A stretch of 24,208 nucleotides of DNA from a virus. Its lineage: Duplodnaviria > Caudoviricetes. Each line of letters opens with the position of its first letter. Positions within the stretch are counted from its first letter, which is position 1. The stretch spans positions 1 through 24,208 of the IMG/VR virus record IMGVR_UViG_3300017706_001625; one strand, written 5' to 3'. The position numbers were made by a program, and so were the translations under genes. A model generated the notes under the pieces. The model was given only the letters and a program-made list of their open reading frames with translations. It was not told where the DNA came from and ran no database searches. This document shows positions 1 through 8,175 of the stretch, piece by piece.

Positions 1-2
1 CC

Positions 3-191
3 GCAAATAATGTCATCTCTGAATCAATTTCTACACATACTAATAATTGCTGTTTTAATCAGTTTGGATCAAGCAACACAAGCGGAGGAACAAACAATGT
101 ATTTTCAGACCCTCTATTCGTAGACTCTGCTAACAGTGACCTTCGCCTTCGTCCAAACAGTCCTTGCATCAACGCTGGAACAGCAAGTTAA
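3..191 (+). CDS. 3' end of a truncated gene, C-terminus typical of right-handed beta-helix (pectin lyase-like) proteins; possible tailspike or receptor-binding protein
   Basis: Frame 3 is open from the window edge to TAA 189-191 and ends NVFSDPLFVDSANSDLRLRPNSPCINAGTAS, matching the DPLFVD..D.RL...SPCI.AG ('choice-of-anchor Q'-like) motif; next gene starts 3 nt later. Confidence 0.65.
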   Translation, partial: ANNVISESISTHTNNCCFNQFGSSNTSGGTNNVFSDPLFVDSANSDLRLRPNSPCINAGTAS

Positions 192-194
192 GTC

Positions 195-1388
195 ATGGCA
201 CAGCAAAAATTAGGACGCAAGGATTACTCCATCGCTGTTAAGACAGGGACGGATGCTAATAAGACAAAGTTTGCCAAAGAATCTACCAAAGGAGAATTGT
301 ACTTTGCTACTGATTCGGGAAGTTTGTACGGGGCATCCACGGATGCTGGATCAAGCGATTCCACAGTTCGGAGTTTCGGTCCGTCTAGTGAAATTGTAAC
401 TGAATCTACAACCACCCGAACACTCAGCAATAGCGATAATGGTAAAGTAATAGTGTGTACGAACAGTGGTCAAGCTATCGTAACCATACCTAGCGGCTTA
501 ACAACAGGTTTTAGTTGTACTGTAGTTCAAAGTGGGACAGGTACGGTAACAGTCGCTGGGTCAGGTGCAACCATTAATGGTTTTGGAAACAAAACAGCAA
601 CAGCAGGTCAATATGCCGCTTTAAATGTAATACCTGTAGGTGCTAATTCTTACATTGTCGAAGGTGATGCAATTACAGCACCTCTAGTGAATAATTATAG
701 CGTAGATTTAGACGGCTCAAATACCTACATTTCGACAACAAGCGCATCATTAGACGTTTATGCCGCTAGTTTTTGGGTAAAACCTGATTCCACTATAAAC
801 TCATCGAGCGGCGCTCAAGTCCTTTTTAGTTCGAGTACAAATCGCTTTGCGTTAGGTAATGTAACTTCATATTTAGCTAGTAACGAGTCAATCGGAATAG
901 CCTATTCAACAGGAGCTTTTGGGACAGGTAATGTCTCAATTCCAAATTCTTCTTGGACTAATATTTTCATAGCTTGGAAAACTTCATCGCAGACAAATAG
1001 CGGAAGTGCTGGATATGATTTTTGGGTTAATGGGGTGTTACAAACTACGGCTATGGGCGCACATTCAGGAGGCACTCAACCTACCTCTCCACTTACCGCT
1101 TCAAATATAAATATAGGCAGAAGATCGGATGGTCAAATGTACTACGCAGGTCTAGTCGATGAAGTAGCTTTGTGGTCTACTGATGTTTCAGGAGATATTG
1201 CAACGATTTACAACTCAGGTAAACCTGACGATTTAAGTAGCTCAAGTGTGGTTTCTACCGAACCTATAAATTGGTATCGAATGGGAGATAACAACTCCGG
1301 CACAGGCACAACTATTACCGATCAAGGTTCTTCGCCAGCGAACGGCACACTAACTAACGGGCCAACCTTTTCAACTGATGTACCTTAA
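195..1388 (+). CDS. Tail fibre or receptor-binding protein with C-terminal LamG/concanavalin A-like domain
   Basis: Ser/Thr/Gly-rich 397 aa; fibre-type module TLSNSDNGKVIVCTN..VTIPSGL..GFSCTVVQSGTGTVTV; LamG-like motifs ASFWVKP, NIGRR...GLVDEVALW, WYRMGD, NGTLTNGPTFS. Confidence 0.8.
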   Translation: MAQQKLGRKDYSIAVKTGTDANKTKFAKESTKGELYFATDSGSLYGASTDAGSSDSTVRSFGPSSEIVTESTTTRTLSNSDNGKVIVCTNSGQAIVTIPSGLTTGFSCTVVQSGTGTVTVAGSGATINGFGNKTATAGQYAALNVIPVGANSYIVEGDAITAPLVNNYSVDLDGSNTYISTTSASLDVYAASFWVKPDSTINSSSGAQVLFSSSTNRFALGNVTSYLASNESIGIAYSTGAFGTGNVSIPNSSWTNIFIAWKTSSQTNSGSAGYDFWVNGVLQTTAMGAHSGGTQPTSPLTASNINIGRRSDGQMYYAGLVDEVALWSTDVSGDIATIYNSGKPDDLSSSSVVSTEPINWYRMGDNNSGTGTTITDQGSSPANGTLTNGPTFSTDVP

Positions 1389-1394
1389 TAAATT

Positions 1395-1640
1395 ATGAGC
1401 AGAAAATATGTAATTATTAACTCGGACGAAGTAGACTCCGTGGATTTTAGTCAAGTAGAAGAGACGAGTGAAAGTACGCTAAGATATAATATTAATCCAG
1501 TTGGCACAAAAACTTTTGTTAAGTTCGATTCGGACACAACACCAGCATTTTTAGATGGTAAAACGCAATACTCGCATTCTGAAATACTCGCAATACTAGC
1601 AACGGACGAGTGGACTGACCCTAATCCTCCTGGCGAATGA
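1395..1640 (+). CDS. Small acidic phage protein, possibly a tail fibre assembly chaperone
   Basis: 81-aa ORF directly after the fibre gene with ATGA overlap to the next gene; function inferred from position only. Confidence 0.6.
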   Translation: MSRKYVIINSDEVDSVDFSQVEETSESTLRYNINPVGTKTFVKFDSDTTPAFLDGKTQYSHSEILAILATDEWTDPNPPGE

Positions 1641-2095
1641 TCTACACCATACTATTATTGGCGATATGCCTCACGGGATGCAGTTTTCGCTCTGTCTACC
1701 CAACCTTGGGCGGAGTGATTGGCGGATCAGCCGGAACGCTTGCGGGCGGTCCATTGGTCGGCGGACTTTCTGCCGGTGCGGGTGTCCTTGCGGGCGAAGC
1801 CTTAAAAAACAAAGACGCTTTAATCGAGGCCGAAGAAACTATCGAGGCATTAAGTCACGGAGATGTCTCTGCCATTGTTGCGAACGGGTTGGCCGAGCAT
1901 AAGACAGGATTTGAAAGTTTCACATCGTACATAAAGAAAATCCTGATCGGAGCGGCAATTCTGCTCGGAGGGTATTTAGCCATTCCTATTTTTGTTGCAA
2001 AAAGAACAGCCCGTAACTGTTCAAAAACAGAAGCGGAAAAACATCTGACCCGCGCACCCTTTCCCGTCAAACCTCCCTCCCGTGAAAAATCTTAA
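1637..2095 (+). CDS. Lipoprotein with C-terminal transmembrane helix; unimolecular spanin candidate
   Basis: Hydrophobic N-terminus ending in lipobox LTG-C (Cys15), Gly-zipper segment, hydrophobic ILIGAAILLGGYLAIPIFVA followed by a basic tail. Confidence 0.55.
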   Translation: MIYTILLLAICLTGCSFRSVYPTLGGVIGGSAGTLAGGPLVGGLSAGAGVLAGEALKNKDALIEAEETIEALSHGDVSAIVANGLAEHKTGFESFTSYIKKILIGAAILLGGYLAIPIFVAKRTARNCSKTEAEKHLTRAPFPVKPPSREKS

Positions 2096-2198
2096 ATTAC
2101 TCGCAGATCAATTTTCAACGCTTTCGACAAAAGCAAAGATGTTTACTGTTTTAGCTGGCCTAATTATTGGCATCATAATCCTCGATTGCCTGTTCTAA
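2082..2198 (+). CDS. 38-aa single-pass membrane protein (not in ORF track)
   Basis: GTG 2082 to TAA 2196-2198 gives MKNLKLLADQFSTLSTKAKMFTVLAGLIIGIIILDCLF; fills the gap and has a TAATG overlap with the next ORF. Confidence 0.6.
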   Translation: MKNLKLLADQFSTLSTKAKMFTVLAGLIIGIIILDCLF

Positions 2199-2341
2199 TG
2201 GACCGAACTGCACTAGCTGGATTCGGTGGATCGTTAGCGAGCATAAGCGGATCTTTCCATGAAATCATTGGTATCATTGCCGGTGGAATGACCATCATTT
2301 ATATGGCGGTAAAGATTTACCAGGAGGTAAAAAAGAAGTGA
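2198..2341 (+). CDS. 47-aa holin-like membrane protein (not in ORF track)
   Basis: MDRTALAGFGGSLASISGSFHEIIGIIAGGMTIIYMAVKIYQEVKKK; hydrophobic with basic C-terminus; TAATG and GTGA overlaps on both sides. Confidence 0.65.
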   Translation: MDRTALAGFGGSLASISGSFHEIIGIIAGGMTIIYMAVKIYQEVKKK

Positions 2342-4815
2342 GCCGGTATCGTTCATACGGTAAACTAGACGATCCATTCACATCGGAGGGGGATACTTTC
2401 TTTCTGCGGATGAATGCTCGTTTACGGCCTAATCAGTTAAAGCCTGGTGAGGTAGCATTGTCAAAGAATGGCCGCATGAATAAGGACGGAACTTGGCAAA
2501 CTCGCAAAGGGTTATCCACTCTGTTTGGTTCGATCACATCGGGAGCCGATGCAATTCGATTACCTTATTTAATTACCTCGGCCCAACGGTTTTCCAATGT
2601 GGTAACATTAACTTTAAATGCGACTCCGTCTTTATCTTTTATTCCTGGTAATAATATAACTATTGCAGACCTTGGATTTACCGGTGACGATCCGAACGGG
2701 ACTTTCCCTTTGGTCGATGTAAATTTTACGACCAAAACAGTTACTTACGCTGAAACCGGTGCGAATGAAAATTTTGCAATACGGCCCGAGACTGTGGCTA
2801 ACACATCGGTCCTTTTCCCTGGCGATTCCATACCAACCACTTTAAATTTTACACTTAACGATTTTGGAATTAACGAGGTTTTTGGATCGGCAGTTTTTAG
2901 TGACCCGTCACAAAACTTAGACGATTTTATTTTCATCGCAACAGACAGCACGGCGATAGCGATTCGCTTAAAAGATTCCACCCTTTTTAAATGTCGATAT
3001 GAATCGGGAGGGGAGTCTGTAGATGCCCCCGTAGGAATGCTACAAGGGTTGGGGAAGATGTTTATATTTCGGACCAATCAAACAACTTTAGAAGCCACTC
3101 CCTCGCTCCAATCTGTACCCGTCGCATCGGCATCCCAAAGTGGTCAGACTATAACGGTAAACACATCATCCGCCCACAATCGAGTAGCGAATGACTATGT
3201 CACTTTGTCGGGATTAGGAGCGGCTAGTGTGTCTCACGATCCCAACGGATGCTATCGGGTTTTAACCACACCTTCGGCCACTCAATTTACTGTAAGTATG
3301 ACGGGCAGTCAGACGGCCACTTTCTTTGTAAGCGGATCGACTGTTGAATATTTTGCAGACTTTGAACGAGTTCCAAGCGGTGATTATACATCGCCCTTAT
3401 TCTTAACCGATACAACGGCAACCTCGGCCAATGGCCTAGTTACTTTTGACATTCCAGGAGCGAATCAAAATCCGGCAAATTCATCATACCATAATATTTC
3501 TGTTGGCGATACGATTACCATCCGAGCGGGTGCAACTCCATTTGATACTTTTGTGGATGATAAAGCTCGATGCGTTAGCTCGTCCAACACTCAAGTAACT
3601 TTTAATTTAGGTGCAGTCAATGGGACAGCCAGCCTAACCATTTCTAAGCCATTGAGCGTGGGAAAAGGATTTATTCATCAACCAGCGGCTCCTTGGGCAG
3701 TAGTCCATCAAAGAAGGCTTTGGATGCCGTACTGGTATACTTCAGCCGCCCCACCGGTAGATCGAAATATTCGGGATGAAATAGTGGCCTCGGACATTCT
3801 TGATTTTAATACGATGGACCAAATTTCCAACCAATTCAAGCCAAGCTCAGGCCAGTCGGATTATTTGGTTGCACTGAAGCCTTTTACTCAGGATTCCATC
3901 GTAGCCTTTTTTAGAAAATCAATTCATCTAATGTCGGGAGTAAGTGGATCTTTAGCCGATGTATCGACCAATTTAGTCACCGATGAAATTGGATGCTCGG
4001 CTAGAAAATCTGTGGTCCAGGTTGCCAATCAAATTCTTTTCCTTTCGGATCAAGGCGTGTATGGAATCCAATTCCTTGACGAGTTCAATTTGCGAGGAGT
4101 GGAAATCCCTTTATCGGAAACTATCCAGCCATTTATCGACCGGATTAATCAGGACTATGTTCATCTGTCATGCGGAGTTTACTTCGACAATCGCTATTGG
4201 CTGGCCACTTGTTTGGACTCTGCTCCTGGTGTGGGAAATGCCACAACTCTAAACACTATTTTAGTTTATAGCTTTATAAATCAGGGGTGGGAAAGTATCG
4301 ACACAGTTAACTCCACAGAATTTGCGATCCGTGAACTTTTAGTCGCAAAAGAGGGCACGAAGAATGCCTTATATTTAACGACTGAAGAAGGCGGGGTCCA
4401 CAAAGTTGATGGATTTGAGGGAGGGGATGTGGTAAGCATTCAGGCTGGAGCATCGAGCGCGCAAACGATCCCCGTAGTCAGCCAAATAACTACCCGCCAA
4501 TATGATGCTGATCAACTCGACAGAAAAATGTTCAGCCGAGGCGAAATTCAATTAAAAAGCAATTTAGAAAGCCCGAGCGATGGTGATATCACTTTCATTA
4601 CGGAAGATCCCGATGCGGTATCACCCACAACAGTAGTGAGTGATTTACTAGGATCGACTTTAGCGGCAAGCGAAGATTCATCCATCCGATTAGGAATCAG
4701 AAAAAGAGGGTTTGGCATACAGGGAGATTTTAAGCCCACAACCGGCAGACCATTTGTTCGAGCGGTCAAAGTAGAAGCTCGAATCGCTGACCGATCAACC
4801 ACTTCAATAAAATAA
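2338..4815 (+). CDS. Podovirus-type tail tubular B / nozzle / head-stabilisation-like structural protein with inserted beta-rich repeats
   Basis: 825 aa, beta-rich; GTG start with GGAGG about 10 nt upstream; propeller-like segments (VVHQRRLW, IGCSARKSVVQVANQILFLSDQGVY, PLSETIQPFIDRIN, YFDNRYWL) typical of this class; position upstream of ejection proteins. Confidence 0.7.
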   Translation: MSRYRSYGKLDDPFTSEGDTFFLRMNARLRPNQLKPGEVALSKNGRMNKDGTWQTRKGLSTLFGSITSGADAIRLPYLITSAQRFSNVVTLTLNATPSLSFIPGNNITIADLGFTGDDPNGTFPLVDVNFTTKTVTYAETGANENFAIRPETVANTSVLFPGDSIPTTLNFTLNDFGINEVFGSAVFSDPSQNLDDFIFIATDSTAIAIRLKDSTLFKCRYESGGESVDAPVGMLQGLGKMFIFRTNQTTLEATPSLQSVPVASASQSGQTITVNTSSAHNRVANDYVTLSGLGAASVSHDPNGCYRVLTTPSATQFTVSMTGSQTATFFVSGSTVEYFADFERVPSGDYTSPLFLTDTTATSANGLVTFDIPGANQNPANSSYHNISVGDTITIRAGATPFDTFVDDKARCVSSSNTQVTFNLGAVNGTASLTISKPLSVGKGFIHQPAAPWAVVHQRRLWMPYWYTSAAPPVDRNIRDEIVASDILDFNTMDQISNQFKPSSGQSDYLVALKPFTQDSIVAFFRKSIHLMSGVSGSLADVSTNLVTDEIGCSARKSVVQVANQILFLSDQGVYGIQFLDEFNLRGVEIPLSETIQPFIDRINQDYVHLSCGVYFDNRYWLATCLDSAPGVGNATTLNTILVYSFINQGWESIDTVNSTEFAIRELLVAKEGTKNALYLTTEEGGVHKVDGFEGGDVVSIQAGASSAQTIPVVSQITTRQYDADQLDRKMFSRGEIQLKSNLESPSDGDITFITEDPDAVSPTTVVSDLLGSTLAASEDSSIRLGIRKRGFGIQGDFKPTTGRPFVRAVKVEARIADRSTTSIK

Positions 4816-4819
4816 AATT

Positions 4820-5608
4820 ATGGCAGTTATAGCGACATCACAAACTTTTACGACTAACGAACAGGTCACATCGGGAAAACTTAATGATATTGTGGCCCAA
4901 GCGACTTTTTCTGACCCCGCAGATGGATCTACCATAATCGCCAATAATTCGACTTATGGAGTTTCGGGCGGAGATGGAAAACTGAAAGTAAAGGATGCCG
5001 GAATCACCGCGACTCAGTTGGCCACGGATTCCGTGATTGAGACAAGGATTCAGAATGGTGCGGTAACCTCAAGCAAATTGGCGGCGAGTGCAATTAGTGC
5101 CATTATGCCCAGCGGTTCGCTCATGCCATATGCTGGGGCATCTGCTCCGACTGGTTATTTACTTTGCGATGGTGCGGCGATTTCAAGGTCAACTTATTCA
5201 GCTTTATTCGCTTTAGTCGGTACAACCTACGGGGCGGGCGATGGTTCATCGACTTTTAATATCCCCGATCTTCGAGGCCGAGTGATAGCCGGTCAGGACG
5301 ATATGGGCGGAGCATCCGCCAATCGATTAACCGGTTTGTCGGGCGGAGTTGACGGAGATATATTAGGCGGCACGGGAGGGGACGAAAAGCACGGTTTAAC
5401 ACATTTAGAGTCCGGCTTGCCGGCACACGCTCACACCACTCAACTCCGTGACACCGGTCCAGCGGGTGGTGGGCAACTAAGTGGCTATCAGGCATCTGCT
5501 GGTTCGGGAGCATTTTTTAATACGGACTCAGTCGCCGGTGCTAATGCAGCTTCAGTACACAACAATGTCCAGCCAACCATTATTTTAAATTACATAATAA
5601 AGACTTAA
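4820..5608 (+). CDS. Tail fibre protein with phage tail collar domain
   Basis: MPSGSLMPYAGASAPTGYLLCDGAAISRSTYSALFALVGTTYGAGDGSSTFNIPDLRGRV is a canonical collar domain; LPAHAH and HNNVQPTIILNYIIK C-terminus. Confidence 0.9.
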   Translation: MAVIATSQTFTTNEQVTSGKLNDIVAQATFSDPADGSTIIANNSTYGVSGGDGKLKVKDAGITATQLATDSVIETRIQNGAVTSSKLAASAISAIMPSGSLMPYAGASAPTGYLLCDGAAISRSTYSALFALVGTTYGAGDGSSTFNIPDLRGRVIAGQDDMGGASANRLTGLSGGVDGDILGGTGGDEKHGLTHLESGLPAHAHTTQLRDTGPAGGGQLSGYQASAGSGAFFNTDSVAGANAASVHNNVQPTIILNYIIKT

Positions 5609-5609
5609 T

Positions 5610-6680
5610 ATGGAAAATCCACAAATAGATCCACTAGCTGAAGCCGCTAGATTGCTGAACGAGCAAGCCCCGCAAGGCGAAGCACTCGCATATATTAATC
5701 GTGATGAGGCAGATGTTTTAAAACAATTAGGCGGAGCCGGTGAACCGGTTAACTCTTCGGGCGTTCCTTCCTTCTTTTTAAATAAACTTTTTGGAGGTGG
5801 AAAAGCACCCCCTCCCTTACCCGAATTTAATGTCGGAGCATCGGCAAAAGATTATGTCGGAGCGATGGCCGACTCGGGACTTCAAGACCAGCTTTTAGGA
5901 GTTCGCCAGCAATACGATCCGCAATATCAGGATTTACAGATAGGACTTGCCCAACGAGCCGCCGATCCAATGGCCCGACTGGCCGAAGCAAATACTTTGC
6001 GGTCACAAGATTTTGGAAATAAAATCGCCGGAAGACAGGCTGGATCAGATATCAGTTTCATGAACCAATTCGGTTCAGATTTAACAGAGGCTAAACGCTC
6101 CTCCGACCCTCTTATGCAAGCTCGGGTGCAACAGGCGAACGAGTTAGCCGATCAGGCATTCAATGAAGCACAAATGACTGACCTTTCGCCCGAGATGAGA
6201 CGGCGAGCCACTCAGTCCGCCCGTGAAGGATTAGTCTCACGGGGCAGAGAAATGAGTAATGCGGGCATTGCCGCTGAAGCGATGAGCCGAGAAGATTATT
6301 TACGGAAGATGATAGGTGAAAATCGAAGACAAGCACAGGGTTTAGGTACTTATGCTTCTAATTTAAACGAGGCAACCTCAGTCGATCCACTTGCCATGCT
6401 TCGAGGGGGGCAGAATTATACCGCCCAAGGATTTAACGAAAGATCCGCCCTTTTCGGCATTCCACAAGAGCAGTCCACTAGGATTAATCCGGATGCCGGA
6501 GTAAATATCGGAATGCAAGAATATGCGAACCGAGCAAATTACAATGCCAATACTTATGCGGCCCGTGAACAGGCGGCCAGTGGGGCGGCTCAGGGATTTA
6601 TGAAAATGCTTGGTTCGATTGGTTCAGCGGCAGTAGGGAATATGGGAAAAAGCGGCTCTCGCCAAACACCTAGGGGATAA
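5610..6680 (+). CDS. Putative internal virion (ejection) protein
   Basis: Ala/Gln-rich helical 356 aa; N-terminal LAYIN..EA..LK.LGG.G.....GVPSF motif recalled from podovirus virion proteins; Gly/Ala amphipathic C-terminus; position. Confidence 0.6.
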   Translation: MENPQIDPLAEAARLLNEQAPQGEALAYINRDEADVLKQLGGAGEPVNSSGVPSFFLNKLFGGGKAPPPLPEFNVGASAKDYVGAMADSGLQDQLLGVRQQYDPQYQDLQIGLAQRAADPMARLAEANTLRSQDFGNKIAGRQAGSDISFMNQFGSDLTEAKRSSDPLMQARVQQANELADQAFNEAQMTDLSPEMRRRATQSAREGLVSRGREMSNAGIAAEAMSREDYLRKMIGENRRQAQGLGTYASNLNEATSVDPLAMLRGGQNYTAQGFNERSALFGIPQEQSTRINPDAGVNIGMQEYANRANYNANTYAAREQAASGAAQGFMKMLGSIGSAAVGNMGKSGSRQTPRG

Positions 6681-6682
6681 TT

Positions 6683-8173
6683 ATGGCAATTGGAGATACA
6701 GTTCAGGCGGGTTTAATGAGGACAGATTCCTCGCCCATTCTTTTAGCGGGTCAGGCACAGGCGAAAGCAAACCAGGCATTCGGCGATGCTTTAAATACAG
6801 CGGCACAGGGTTATTTTCGAGGACAGGAAAAGAAGAAGAAATTAGAATCCACGAAGGAAGGGCTTCGATCTTTATTTCCCGATGCACCCGATGGATTAAT
6901 AAATTCAATGGCGAAAAACCCTGAAGTGGCTCAAACCAAAATGGCTCTTGAAAAATTAGCCATTGATCGAGAAAGAATCGCATCAGCGGCGGCCAGTGCG
7001 GCAGCCGCAAGGGCGCAAGCGGCGGCATTCCAGCAAGATAAGTTGGACGAGCGAAATCGTATTTTAAAAGAGGCGGAGGAGGCGGAGCAAAAGCAAATTG
7101 GCTTATCAAACTTTATCATGTCCGGCACGGAAATGAACCCCGAAGTCTTAGAAGATTTCAACGAAGCACAGCCTGGTCTTTTTGCTTTAGGCGGTGACCA
7201 AGGTGCAAGGAATCGATTTTTAGAGTCTCAAAGAGATAACGCTCCAAAAGTTGGTAAATTAGGCGGAGAGCTTGACTCCTCTGAATTTGGTCCGATGGCA
7301 ATGGAGGCGGGAGTTGATCCCGTGCTTGCTGGTAATTACTTTATGAAGTTACAGGCGAGGGAGGCTGAAGCTGCGCAGAATGCTCCAACTATATCGAGGG
7401 TGGGAAATGAATTAAACCCAAAAACAGGCGAGTATGAACAAGTTGCAAGAGACAAATTTGGGAATCCCATTGCCAATTACGGTCCGCCTAAACCTTCGGG
7501 GATGTATCGTACACCTAAAGAGGCGCGGGAAGAAGAAATCTTAGTTGGAAGGACTAAGGCTGCGATGGCATTTAATAAAGAATCTCGAAATAATTCTAAT
7601 ATTGCGATTTCACAAGCTGAACAAGCTCAACAGGCATTAAAATATTTGCCTGAAACGACTGGCGGTTTAACTAGCTTTGTAAACGAGATGAAAGTAATAG
7701 CTGAATCTTTGGGAATAGATTTACCGGAAGGATATCAAAAAGATATGGCCGATATTGGGGCATTTAGACAATTAACAGGTCAGTTCTTGTTCGAAGCAAT
7801 GAGCAACACCAAAGGGGCAATAACAGAAAGAGAAATGGCATTATTCCGCCAAATTTCTCCTGATATAGATAACTCTAGAGCGGCTAATAAATTAATGCTT
7901 GAAATTTATGTTAAGGCGGGAGATCGCGCGAAGAAAAGAAGAGACTTAATTAGGGACTTGCAGAGAAAAGATGTAGACCCAAGACAAATTCAAATCGCTA
8001 TTGAGGACTTCGATGATGCAAATTCTTTTATGGATGACATAAGAAGCTTACCTCGTAAAACAACCAAAAACTCTCCCGCCCAACCAAATCGTTCAGGAAG
8101 GCGCGGAAGTAATCCTTCACCCAACCCAAACGCTCAAACTCCGGGCGGATTTATACCTAGACAAATTAAATAG
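6683..8173 (+). CDS. Putative internal virion (DNA transfer) protein, coiled-coil
   Basis: 496 aa, charged helical composition; KGAITEREM motif near the C-terminus like ejection proteins; sits between two similar genes. Confidence 0.6.
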   Translation: MAIGDTVQAGLMRTDSSPILLAGQAQAKANQAFGDALNTAAQGYFRGQEKKKKLESTKEGLRSLFPDAPDGLINSMAKNPEVAQTKMALEKLAIDRERIASAAASAAAARAQAAAFQQDKLDERNRILKEAEEAEQKQIGLSNFIMSGTEMNPEVLEDFNEAQPGLFALGGDQGARNRFLESQRDNAPKVGKLGGELDSSEFGPMAMEAGVDPVLAGNYFMKLQAREAEAAQNAPTISRVGNELNPKTGEYEQVARDKFGNPIANYGPPKPSGMYRTPKEAREEEILVGRTKAAMAFNKESRNNSNIAISQAEQAQQALKYLPETTGGLTSFVNEMKVIAESLGIDLPEGYQKDMADIGAFRQLTGQFLFEAMSNTKGAITEREMALFRQISPDIDNSRAANKLMLEIYVKAGDRAKKRRDLIRDLQRKDVDPRQIQIAIEDFDDANSFMDDIRSLPRKTTKNSPAQPNRSGRRGSNPSPNPNAQTPGGFIPRQIK

Positions 8174-8175
8174 AT

